From an uncultured Nitrososphaerota archaeon (GTDB lineage: Archaea > Thermoproteota > Nitrososphaeria > Conexivisphaerales > DTJL01): a stretch of DNA of 64,000 nucleotides. The stretch covers positions 352,001 through 416,000 of the forward strand of contig CAWJIE010000005.1 of NCBI GenBank assembly GCA_963842885.1. The letters are read 5' to 3'. The notes beneath the pieces were generated by a model. That model saw only the letters and a list, made by a program, of their open reading frames with translations. It was not told the origin of the DNA and ran no database searches. Of the stretch, positions 1 to 8,907 are shown in pieces. A program made the translations under genes and the position numbers. Every line of letters starts with the position of its first letter. Within the stretch, counting starts at the first letter, position 1.

Positions 1-739
1 TCCCAGGGAGGTCTACGAATTTCTGGGCTCCTTCGTCGGTTCTGGGAGGTTCCAGTGGACCGAGGGACGCGTGGGATCGAAGCTCGACGGATACGTCATC
101 CCGGCCGGGTCGGACGCGAAGGCCCTCCTCTCCCTGGTCGCCAAGCTAAAGGAGGGGGGGTGGGTCGAGGATTACGCCCTTCAGGGCAGTCCCGGGGAGA
201 TCGCGATCCGAGGAGGGAAGCTTACCATACTTCTCATGGAGCTGGCCGAGGCTTTCGGCCAGACCAAGGTCCCCTTTTTCATCTTCAACGAATCGGAGGA
301 GAACGTTGCCTCGTTCCTCAGGGGCATCTTCGGCCTCGAAGGTTCGCTCTTGCTGGTGAAAGGCGGTCGCGTGGCGAGGCTCTCCAGCCCGAGGGCCTGT
401 ATCCCCGACGGAATCAGGGAGCTTCTCTGGCGCCTGGGGATGCCCTCCTCCACTTACTATACCGTCATCGTGAAGAAGGACGGCACTTCTGGGTCGCCTC
501 TGTTCTGGCTGGAGATGGAGGATGCACAGGCCCTATTCGAGAAGGTCGGCTTTCTCGACTCCAAGGCCAAGAGGAGGCTGCAGAAAGCTTCGCTTCGCGG
601 CGCCCGGGCGGAGCGCGAAGGCGACTTCGTGCGCGTCGGCGTCATGGACGTCACGGAGGTCAAGGGGGATAGCTACGTCTACGATCTGGAGGTCGAAGGG
701 AGTCACCGCTTCTTCGCCAACGGGATCCTCTGCCACAAT
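1..739 (+). mobile_element. Intein in PolB motif C (pol-c site) with LAGLIDADG-like endonuclease domain
   Basis: C-terminal splicing motif VYDLEVEGSHRFFANGILCHN followed by TDS. LAGLIDADG-like helices FLGSFVGSG and FLRGIFGLEG. Confidence 0.92.
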
Positions 740-1405
740 ACAGACTCGGTCTTCCTGAGGGCCCCTAGCCCAGAGCAGCTGGACCTGATCTTGGCCTGGG
801 CCAGGAAGGAGCTGGGGATAGACCTGGAGGTGGACAAGGTCTACAGGTATGCCGCGTTCAGCAGCCGGAAGAAGAACTACGCGGCCGTCTACCCTGATGG
901 CTCTCTTGAAGTGAAGGGTTTGACCGGCAAGAAGAGCAATGTGCCCCAGTTCATCAAGCGCACGTTCAAGGACGTCCTCAAGGTGCTGTCGGACGTCAAG
1001 AACCCCGACGAGTTCACAGCTGCTAGGGAGAACATCCGCCAGATGCTCCGAGACACATACCTCAGGCTGAAGAGGAGGGAGATCCCGATGGAGGACCTCG
1101 CCTTCCATGTCATGATGAGCAAGGCGGTGGACCGATACACGGAGAACACACCGCAGCACGTCAAGGCGGCTCAGCTACTCTTGGGAAGAGGGAGGGAGAT
1201 GAAGCCCGGCGACGTCATCTCTTTCGTCAAGACCACCAACGGCGTGGGAGTCAAGCCCGTGGAACTGGCCAAGCCTGAGGACATAGACGTGGACAAGTAC
1301 GTGGAGTACATGAGGGGCACCTTCGACCAGCTCCTGGACAGCCTAGGCTACGACTTCGACGAGATCTTGGGCGCCACGAAACTGGAAGACTTCTTCGGCT
1401 TCTGA
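1..1405 (+). CDS. polB: Family B DNA polymerase (PolB1-type), C-terminal part, intein-containing; truncated by window start
   Basis: Frame is open from base 2. TDS follows the intein, then KKNY and KGLTGKK motifs; ends LEDFFGF (PIP-box-like). Confidence 0.93.
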   Translation, partial: PREVYEFLGSFVGSGRFQWTEGRVGSKLDGYVIPAGSDAKALLSLVAKLKEGGWVEDYALQGSPGEIAIRGGKLTILLMELAEAFGQTKVPFFIFNESEENVASFLRGIFGLEGSLLLVKGGRVARLSSPRACIPDGIRELLWRLGMPSSTYYTVIVKKDGTSGSPLFWLEMEDAQALFEKVGFLDSKAKRRLQKASLRGARAEREGDFVRVGVMDVTEVKGDSYVYDLEVEGSHRFFANGILCHNTDSVFLRAPSPEQLDLILAWARKELGIDLEVDKVYRYAAFSSRKKNYAAVYPDGSLEVKGLTGKKSNVPQFIKRTFKDVLKVLSDVKNPDEFTAARENIRQMLRDTYLRLKRREIPMEDLAFHVMMSKAVDRYTENTPQHVKAAQLLLGRGREMKPGDVISFVKTTNGVGVKPVELAKPEDIDVDKYVEYMRGTFDQLLDSLGYDFDEILGATKLEDFFGF

Positions 1406-1652
1406 GAACTGTCCCTTCTAGCCGCCATCTCCAGAATGCTGTTCGTCCGCCCCTTGCACCGGCAGCTATCGCGATGCCCCTTCCGTCGCCCGGCCTTTCT
1501 CCGCCAGCCCGTCTAATGCCCTGTCTAGGTCACAAGCGGCAGAGATCAGCCCCAGTTGGGTGAAGGCCTGGAGGAGGTTGCCGAGGGCCTCTCCAGTCTG
1601 TCCGGACAGAGCTTCAAGGATTCCGCTTAAATAACAATGGAGATGAAGGCGC

Positions 1653-2552
1653 ATGCCTAGAGGAGTTGCATCAACCTTGAGCTATTCCGACCTGTTCTTG
1701 AACCCCGAGCCCAACGTGTCGTACAGGGTCGAAGGCAAGAAGCCCATCAGCAAGGTCTTCGGCGTGCCCTATGACGCCACCAGCAGTTTCAAGCCGGGCT
1801 CCCGGTTCGGGCCCAACGCCCTGAGGGAGGCCTTCACAAAGATCGAGGTCTACGATCCCGGGCTGGACGTGGACGCCGAGAAGCTCCCCGTGGAGGACCT
1901 GGGCAACCTCCAGATGACCTCCACGCCGCAGGAGATGGTGGACGCCGTATCGAAGGTCACCGAGGAGATAGTCTCCGAAGGATTCGTGCCTGGCGTCATA
2001 GGAGGGGAGCACACTCTCACCTACGGGACCTTCAGCGCCATGCCGCCCAACACGCACCTTCTGATCTTCGATGCCCACTTCGACCTGCGATCGAACCTCT
2101 ACGGCTGGGAGCTGGGCCATGGCACATTTCTCAGGCGGCTGACCGAGAGGATAGGATACGACAAAGTCATCCACATCGGGGGAAGGTCCGCCTCCAAGGA
2201 GGAGTGGAGCTTGGTGAAATCAGAGAAGATGAAGACTATCTCGAGCGCCGAAATCGGCAGGCCGAAGTACCTCGACAAGTTCAGGTACCTCATGACCACG
2301 CCCAGGAAGCTCTACGTGTCCGTGGACCTCGACATCTTGGACCCGGCTTTCATGCCTGGGACGGGGACCCCAGAGCCCGGGGGCATAACCAGCAGGGAGC
2401 TCCTGAGCATGCTGGAGATCTTGAAGGGGATGGACATCGTCGGGTTCGACGTCGTCGAGCTGAACCCCATGGTGGACCCCTATGGCATATCCTCCGCGAC
2501 CGCGGCGAAGATATTCAGCCTCCTGCTTTCTCTTGTGAGCCTGATGAAGTAG
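1653..2552 (+). CDS. speB: Agmatinase (ureohydrolase family)
   Basis: GGEH, DAHFD and SVDLDILDPAFMPGTGTPEPGG motifs. Confidence 0.9.
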   Translation: MPRGVASTLSYSDLFLNPEPNVSYRVEGKKPISKVFGVPYDATSSFKPGSRFGPNALREAFTKIEVYDPGLDVDAEKLPVEDLGNLQMTSTPQEMVDAVSKVTEEIVSEGFVPGVIGGEHTLTYGTFSAMPPNTHLLIFDAHFDLRSNLYGWELGHGTFLRRLTERIGYDKVIHIGGRSASKEEWSLVKSEKMKTISSAEIGRPKYLDKFRYLMTTPRKLYVSVDLDILDPAFMPGTGTPEPGGITSRELLSMLEILKGMDIVGFDVVELNPMVDPYGISSATAAKIFSLLLSLVSLMK

Positions 2553-2556
2553 CCTA

Positions 2557-4435
2557 TCATGAGCCTTCCTTCGGCGAGAAGGCGGGCCTAAGGGACACGA
2601 GCCTGGGCAGGGGCACCGGCTTGAACGGCTTCCCGGCGACCTGACCCTGGACCTCGGCGACCAGTTCTTCGAGCGTCATTTCGCGCATCTTGCCAATCCG
2701 CCTGTCCCTGACGTTGAGTTTCCCTCCCGATGCCTCCCTCGAGCCCAGGACCAGGATGTAGCGCACCCATTCCCTCTCGGCGTCGCGGATCTTCCTGCCG
2801 ACCGTCTCATCCCTGTCGTCGATGTCGACCCTGATCGAAGAGGCCTCGAGCCTTTCCGCGGTGGAGGCTGCGAACGCAGCGAACTCCTTGTTCAGCGGTA
2901 TGACCCTCACCTGCGTCGGCGTGAGCCACAACGGGAAGTCGGGGACCTCTCCCCTGGCCTGCGCCGTGGCCGCCTTCTCTAGCAACACGTACACGATGCG
3001 TTCGATGGCACCGCTGGGGGAGCAGTGGAGTATCACGGGATGTTTCTTGGTCCCGTCCTCGTCCACATATTCGATTCCGTACCGCTCGCCGTTCTCCACA
3101 TCAATCTGGTCGGTGGAGAGCGCCGATGCCTTGTTCAGGTTGTCGATGAAGTTGAGCTCGTACTTCAGGACGAAGTAGAAGAACCGCTCCTCCCACATCT
3201 CGGCTAGGACGGGCTTCCCGAACTTCTTCACTAGCGACACCACGAACTCCCTGTTCTGCTCGAAGAACTCCCTCGTGAAGCGGATGGCCATCTCCACGTC
3301 GCCCGATGGAGATCCCTGCGCCCCCAAGCGTGTCAAGGCACAGGTCCAGCCGGATGCTCATCTCACTCTTCGCCATATCGAAGTCCTTGACGAGGGCGTG
3401 GCAGTCGGGCATCGTGAAGGCCCTGAGCCTCCGGAGTCCGACGACCTCTCCGCTCTTCTCCCTCCTGAAGCTGTACCGCGTGAGCTCGTAGAGCTTGAGC
3501 GGGAGGTGCTTGTAGGAGATCCGGGCGTCCTTGGCCATGAGGAATTGCCCGAAGCAGGCGGCGAACCGAAGGAAGAGCTCCTTGTCCTCCGACTTGACCA
3601 GGTACTGCCTCGCAGGGAACCTGTTGAGGTAGGATTCGAGCGCCGGGTGGTGCATGTCGTACATTATGGGGGTCTCCACCTCGACGCCTCCGTAGGCCTG
3701 GACCTTGCCCGTGACATAGCTCTCGAGGAGTGACTTCATCATGCGCCCCTTCGGGTACCACCGCAGGTTGCCCACGTCCGACCCTTCTTCGTAGTCGGCA
3801 ATGGCCAGCCTCTGCATCAGGAGCACATGAGGAGGGACTTGAGTGACAGCGCGCGACTTGGCCATCTCGTAGTCTGCGAGCTTCTTCAGCTTCTCCCTCC
3901 CTGCGAAGTCGTAGTCCTTTGCGGGGACGAGGTCACCCTCAGGGGTGAGGATGTACCAGAACGAACGAAGCTTCTCCTCCGCCGCGACCGCCTTGGGGAC
4001 GAGCTGCTTCTCTTCGCCGGCCTCGGCCTTGATGAGCTTGAACTGCTCTGCCATGGCATGGCCCTTGACCTTGATGTCGAAGCCCTTGGTCCAGCCGAAC
4101 GGCGACTCATAGACCTCGAAGCCCTTAGATCCGAGACCCTCGGCGACCGAGCTAAGCAGCGGAATGGCGTCGGCGGGCGAGGCCAGGTCCCCGCTCAAAT
4201 GGGCATAGGGATAAACAAGGATTCTATTCGCCTTCAGGTTGGCGGCTGAGTCGGCCAAGGCATCGACAGCCTTCGAGACCTCGGCTTCGCCGTCGGCCTT
4301 CTCGACCGAGACGAAGGCGACAACCAGATCTTCGAGATGGACCTTCTCTTTCCCTTCGACTTGCTGGGCGGCTCCGATCTCCTTCTTCACAGGCTCGTAG
4401 TCGAACCAGTCAGCGTGAAGCTGAAGTATCCTCAA
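2557..4435 (-). CDS. thrS: Threonine--tRNA ligase, archaeal type with N-terminal editing domain; one frameshift near 3305
   Basis: MRILQLH start, LRFAACFGQF, RRLRAFTMPDCH, HCSPSGAIER and anticodon domain. ORFs 3101-4435 and 2557-3336 join. Confidence 0.93.
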
Positions 4436-4683
4436 ATCGCGTTCACCCGGGAATCCTTGCCGGATGCTCGCGCACCACTGAACGGCCTGAACCTGGCCTT
4501 CTCTATCTCCCTGTCCTGCTTTGTCTCCTTCTTGAACTGCTTGTAATGGTCCTTGCAGAGGTTCGCCCTGTGCGAGGAGGTCCTGACCTTGAGCGTTGTT
4601 CCACCGAGATTCTTGGCGCTAATCGATCTCTTGGCTGGCTCGTTACAGCCTTCGATGCCGCATGTCTCGACTTTCGGGCTCAT
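4432..4683 (-). CDS. Small Cys/His-containing hypothetical protein (probable Zn binder)
   Basis: 83 aa, CxxxxC...LCKDHY; overlaps the thrS start by 4 nt. Confidence 0.7.
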   Translation of the reverse strand: MSPKVETCGIEGCNEPAKRSISAKNLGGTTLKVRTSSHRANLCKDHYKQFKKETKQDREIEKARFRPFSGARASGKDSRVNAI

Positions 4684-4814
4684 CGGATTATTCGCCTCTT
4701 CGTTTCCTTCTCCTCACTGATAAAGTTAAGTCCTTTCCATGATGATGGCAGGCCATCAACAAGGTTAATAGCGCCCTTTCGTGGCGCTATCATTGAAGCA
4801 CGAGGGAGTTAAGT

Positions 4815-5375
4815 GTGGTCCTTACCAGGCTGAGACAGTCGATCAAGCCCGCCGTGGACTCAGTCGGTCGTGCCTGCGCCTCCGTCCTTCCATACCCGAA
4901 CGCCTGGACGACGATGGGTGCGGTTTTCGCCCTGTTCTCCGGTCTCTCCTTCTACTACGGGAGGCTCCAGCTGGGCGGCGTCTTCATCCTCCTCTCCGGC
5001 CTGACGGACGTGCTGGACGGCGCGGTCGCGCGTGCGACCGGGAAGGTTAGCGGGAAGGGCGGGTTCCTGGACAGCAACCTCGACCGGCTGGCCGAGGTCT
5101 TCATCTACGCCGGGATAGTTGGCTCGGCCGTCGTCGACCCACTTCTCTCATTCTTGGCCCTTTCCTTCTCACTCCTCGTGAGCTACAGCCGCTCAAAGGC
5201 AGAGGGCCTGGGGGTGAAAGCCGAAGGCGTAGGAGTGGGAGAAAGGGCGGAACGGCTCCTGGTGCTGGCGGTGGCCAGCCTCTTCGGGTTCATGCTCTAC
5301 GGAGTGGCCATCGTGTTGGCCTTGGCCTCCATAACGTTCGTGCAGAGGGTCTACGTCTACTCTTCAAGGCTTTAG
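4815..5375 (+). CDS. pgsA: CDP-alcohol phosphatidyltransferase (archaetidylinositol phosphate synthase-like)
   Basis: DVLDGAVARATGKVSGKGGFLDSNLDR signature; hydrophobic helices. Confidence 0.9.
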   Translation: MVLTRLRQSIKPAVDSVGRACASVLPYPNAWTTMGAVFALFSGLSFYYGRLQLGGVFILLSGLTDVLDGAVARATGKVSGKGGFLDSNLDRLAEVFIYAGIVGSAVVDPLLSFLALSFSLLVSYSRSKAEGLGVKAEGVGVGERAERLLVLAVASLFGFMLYGVAIVLALASITFVQRVYVYSSRL

Positions 5376-5378
5376 CTT
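5364..5378 (+). repeat. attL core, TCAAGGCTTTAGCTT
   Basis: Identical to 16547-16561; contains the pgsA stop TAG (5373-5375). Confidence 0.9.
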
Positions 5379-5426
5379 AAGACCGCGAGGACTCTTGCAA
5401 ACGATTTACAGATGCGGTGAGAGAGG

Positions 5427-6485
5427 ATGGACAAGGTAGACGAAGCGCTCCAATACGTCCGGGCCAAGGCCACGAGGGACGCCTACAGGAGGAGCATCGA
5501 GGTCTTCCTGGAGGAGGAGGGCATGAACCAGGAAGCGTTCCTGGAGCTGGCGGGGAAGGACCCCAGGGCGGCGTCGGCCAGGATAGTGGCCTCCGTCAGG
5601 GCCATGTCGGCCAGGGGGGTCGGGGCCTCGGGCGTGGCGGGCCGCTTCTGCGCCATCAGGGCCTTCCTGGACTACAGCGACGTCGACGGGCTCAACTGGA
5701 AGAAGCTCAGGAAGGTCCTCCCGGCCAGGCCCGGGCATGGGGACGACAGGGCGCCGACCCTGGAGGAGATCAGGAGGATCCTCAAGGTGTGCGGCCTCCG
5801 GATGAGGGCCTGCATCCTGATCATGGCCTCGAGCGGGGTGAGGATCGGCTCCTTCGACTACTTCCTCCTCCGGGACTTCGAAGCCGTCAGGGAAGGGGGG
5901 AGGGTCCTGGCCGGCAGGCTGACGGTCTACAGGGGAGAGCACGAAGAGTATTCGACGTACGTCTCCGCCGAGGCCGTGGAGGCCATCGAGGACTACCAGG
6001 AGCTCCGGAGGAGGGGAGGGGAGACGCTGGGCCCGAACTCCCCCCTGGTCAGGGACGAGTGGGACTGGAGGGACGGCGACGTCCTCAAGCCAAAGAGGTT
6101 GAACACGATCGCGTTGAACAAGGGCCTCCAGGTCGTCCTGGAGAAGGCCGGCCTCAAGCAGAGGGAGTTCAAGCAGGCCCACGGCTTCAGGAAGTTCTTC
6201 AAGACCAGGGCGGAGCAGGCCATGAAGAGCGCCTACGTCGAGATCCTGATGGGCCACTCCCTGGGCGTGACGGACTCCTATCTCAAGCCCACGGAGAAGG
6301 AGCTCCTGGGCGAGTACCTCAAGGCCGCGCCCCTCCTCACCATCACGGAGGCGGACGAGCTCAAGAGGGAGCTTTCGAAGAAGGACGAAGAGGTCTCGAC
6401 CCTGAGGAGGGAAGTCTCGAGCATAGCGACGACCCTGCAGCTGATGCAGCTGGAGCTCCAGGAGCTCCGAAGGCGGAAGGGTTGA
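5427..6485 (+). CDS. Tyrosine recombinase/integrase with C-terminal coiled coil
   Basis: Catalytic motifs SSGVR, HGFRKFF, LMGH and DSY. Confidence 0.93.
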   Translation: MDKVDEALQYVRAKATRDAYRRSIEVFLEEEGMNQEAFLELAGKDPRAASARIVASVRAMSARGVGASGVAGRFCAIRAFLDYSDVDGLNWKKLRKVLPARPGHGDDRAPTLEEIRRILKVCGLRMRACILIMASSGVRIGSFDYFLLRDFEAVREGGRVLAGRLTVYRGEHEEYSTYVSAEAVEAIEDYQELRRRGGETLGPNSPLVRDEWDWRDGDVLKPKRLNTIALNKGLQVVLEKAGLKQREFKQAHGFRKFFKTRAEQAMKSAYVEILMGHSLGVTDSYLKPTEKELLGEYLKAAPLLTITEADELKRELSKKDEEVSTLRREVSSIATTLQLMQLELQELRRRKG

Positions 6486-6662
6486 CACTCGTTAGCTAAC
6501 AACCCTCCCGGCCCTGCCGAAGTTAACTAACGAAGATCTCCCCCCTATGTAGGGAGAGTCAGGGGAGGCTTTGGGGGAGAGTTCGCTTCGTCAACTCTCC
6601 CCAGTTAGGTCCCGTCGTCGGCCCTGGGGCCCAGGAGGAGGTCGTAGATGTCGGTCTTGAAC

Positions 6663-6803
6663 TTAGGCAAGCTTCACAGGTTCACCGAGGCCATTCAGTA
6701 TCCAATCGAGGGCGTCGGCCTTCCGTTGCTTCTCTTCAGCGACACTGATCTCTTCCCAGGACATCTCCCGTTCGGGGTTGCGGCCCGTTTTGCGCTTCGC
6801 CAT
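6663..6803 (-). CDS. Small hypothetical protein (46 aa)
   Basis: Hand-translated MAKRKTGRNPEREMSWEE...VKLA; directly follows the 6810-7058 ORF. Confidence 0.5.
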   Translation of the reverse strand: MAKRKTGRNPEREMSWEEISVAEEKQRKADALDWILNGLGEPVKLA

Positions 6804-6809
6804 CCCAAC

Positions 6810-7058
6810 TCACTTCTGCTCCTCTGCCTTGGCTTTAATGATGAGGCGCTGAACATCGGCGGCATCCATCCACTTGTAGTTGTTCCCTCTCCTCACTTTG
6901 ACCTTCTTGTGCACCTCTTTGATGTGTTTCTCCAGCTTCGTGTCACGGTCCGCCCAGCGGTATATTTCATGGACTAGGAGGGCATCGCAGAAAGGGCACT
7001 GATCGTACTCGACCTGCCCGCCCGGATCCGCGGCTTCCTTCTTTCCGTCTTTGCTCAT
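6810..7058 (-). CDS. C2H2-like zinc-finger protein
   Basis: CPFC...KHIKEVH in an 82-aa ORF. Confidence 0.65.
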   Translation of the reverse strand: MSKDGKKEAADPGGQVEYDQCPFCDALLVHEIYRWADRDTKLEKHIKEVHKKVKVRRGNNYKWMDAADVQRLIIKAKAEEQK

Positions 7059-7133
7059 GTGCTATCGCAATAAGATAAGATAAGAGAGGATATAAAGATG
7101 TCGCAATTGATTAGTGAAAGCTCCGGGTCATCC

Positions 7134-7310
7134 TCAGTCGACCTTGCGGACGACGAGGACCTTTCGGCCCTCCAGGAAGGAGATCTCCCAATCGAGCCGG
7201 TCCCCCTCCTTCAGGCCGAACTGGCTGATGACCCCAATCGGGACCGTGGTCCTCAGAGACTTCGAGTTGGGGTTGGTCGACGCCTTGACCAAGGAAGTGA
7301 TCTCTCCCAA
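7134..7310 (-). CDS. AbrB/SpoVT/MazE-like DNA-binding protein (58 aa; not in ORF track)
   Basis: Hand-translated MGEITSLVKASTNPNSKSLRTTVPIGVISQFGLKEGDRLDWEISFLEGRKVLVVRKVD. Confidence 0.8.
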   Translation of the reverse strand: MGEITSLVKASTNPNSKSLRTTVPIGVISQFGLKEGDRLDWEISFLEGRKVLVVRKVD

Positions 7311-7383
7311 GATTGTTCGAAGGAAGGTCTGTCGATGGGTCTACTTAAGGGTGCGTCCGTGGGTATACCCTTAAATCTACCCT

Positions 7384-7734
7384 TTGTTATACCCCCTGAT
7401 AGGTGTATCAGAAGGTGTATCAAGGGTGGTAAGAGGAAAGCAGACGCGCGAGCTGCCTACGAAGGACCCCCTGGTTTTCTCCAGGAAGTTCAACGTGTGG
7501 CTGACGAACCAAAACGAGCTCGAGTTGGCGCTGGTCAAGAAGGACATCGGCTCGCTGAGCGATGCCATGGCCCTGAGGTATGCCCTGGGGGAGACTGCCT
7601 TCAGGATCGCGGTGGGGCACTTTGAAAGCGAAAGGCTGGCCAAGGCTCCCCATGACGACTGGATGAAGTTCTACCAGGAGGCCCTCAAGCTGGAGGAAGG
7701 CCTCCACAAGGACCCCACGGTGGCCAGGACATGA
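7384..7734 (+). CDS. Hypothetical protein, possibly ribbon-helix-helix-like; start uncertain
   Basis: Divergent from the AbrB gene; FNVWLT strand followed by two helices. Confidence 0.5.
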   Translation: MLYPLIGVSEGVSRVVRGKQTRELPTKDPLVFSRKFNVWLTNQNELELALVKKDIGSLSDAMALRYALGETAFRIAVGHFESERLAKAPHDDWMKFYQEALKLEEGLHKDPTVART

Positions 7735-7783
7735 GGAGACTGACCCGGAAGGGATACGCCCTCCTAGCTCTCCCTGGCCTGAT

Positions 7784-8231
7784 ATGGATGGCGGCCTGGT
7801 ACAACGGCCTGGGCCTAGGGACCTCCGCCATGATCGTGATGCTCTCGACAGCCTCAGGGTGGGCGCTTCACAAGGAGTCCAAGGCGGCCAATCCTTGAAG
7901 GTCAAGCTGAACAGGGGCAGTGATGACGAGTTCGAAGTCGGAATCACCCCCCAGGAGAGCGACCTATTGATGGGGCTCAACGAGCGCCTCGCCTCTCTGG
8001 TCAGGTACAAGGAAAAGGCGACGGGGAGAGATCTCACCTCTTCCGAAGTGGACAAGATGGCGGAGGAGGCTTCGGCCAAGGGCCTTAAGGAGGAGGACTT
8101 CGTGAAGGCCCTAGTGAGCGAGGAACAGGATCCTCCAGCTGGCCAGGTCCATCGAAGAGGACTGTGACCGGGCCCTCAGACTGATCGATAGGCTCGAGGC
8201 AAAAGAAACGACAAACGAGCCACCGGGGTGA
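7784..8231 (+). CDS. Hypothetical helical protein(s); boundaries uncertain, possible frameshift near 8120
   Basis: Charged helical reading frames that switch frame. Confidence 0.4.
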
Positions 8232-8548
8232 GGGGGATGGGACACGTTCGTCGCACCTGGAGGACGGGAACGAACCCCCTGAGGATCTACGAACTCCTCT
8301 CCTGGGACCTCAAGGACAGGATCTCCGATTGCAAGCAGAAGCGCCGGAAGGCCCTGGAGGTGCTCGTCGACCCGGACTCTCCCCAGCTGGCCAGGCTCAG
8401 GGCGGAGATGGTGGTCCAGGAGGAGACGACGACCATAGCGCAGCTGAAAGGCCAGAGGGCCCAGCTCAGGGTCGAGTACCTGGCCAAGAGGGACCACTTC
8501 CAGCCGAGCGTCGAAGTCCTGCAGCTCCCCGGGGGAGGCTGGCTCTGA
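8228..8548 (+). CDS. Hypothetical coiled-coil protein
   Basis: 106-aa ORF with plausible codon usage. Confidence 0.55.
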   Translation: MRGMGHVRRTWRTGTNPLRIYELLSWDLKDRISDCKQKRRKALEVLVDPDSPQLARLRAEMVVQEETTTIAQLKGQRAQLRVEYLAKRDHFQPSVEVLQLPGGGWL

Positions 8549-8907
8549 TGGGGAGAGTCCCTTTCGTGGGGAGACATGGGGAGAGTTGGGCGCCCCTTGG
8601 TCAGGCGGGGAGAGGAGCCGGTCTCTCCCTGCCTGACGTCTTCTATCCTTCCTTGCCTTTGATCACCATCCCCATGGACGCATGCCACCCCTACCCACCA
8701 ACACCCACCACCATGCGCATGGTGATGAAACGAACAGACCATTCCGATTTCTTTTGGATATAACGCACCATGGCACCCACCATTTTCCGTTCCTACGTTA
8801 GGTTCGGAAATCAAGGCCGACAGCTGGGTACCCCCCCAACCTATAGTCAGTCCATGCTGTTGCTGTTGTTGTAGTCGGAGGCCCCTCATGGCGGACCCTC
8901 TCGTTGA

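Noticed and set aside
3290-3340. Split ThrRS or programmed frameshift
   Set aside because: One extra base restores a normal full-length enzyme. Similar breaks occur throughout the window, so an assembly error is more likely.
5406-6499. Long alternative-frame and antisense ORFs over the integrase (and over many other genes)
   Set aside because: Shadow ORFs expected from high third-position GC; low-complexity translations with no motifs.
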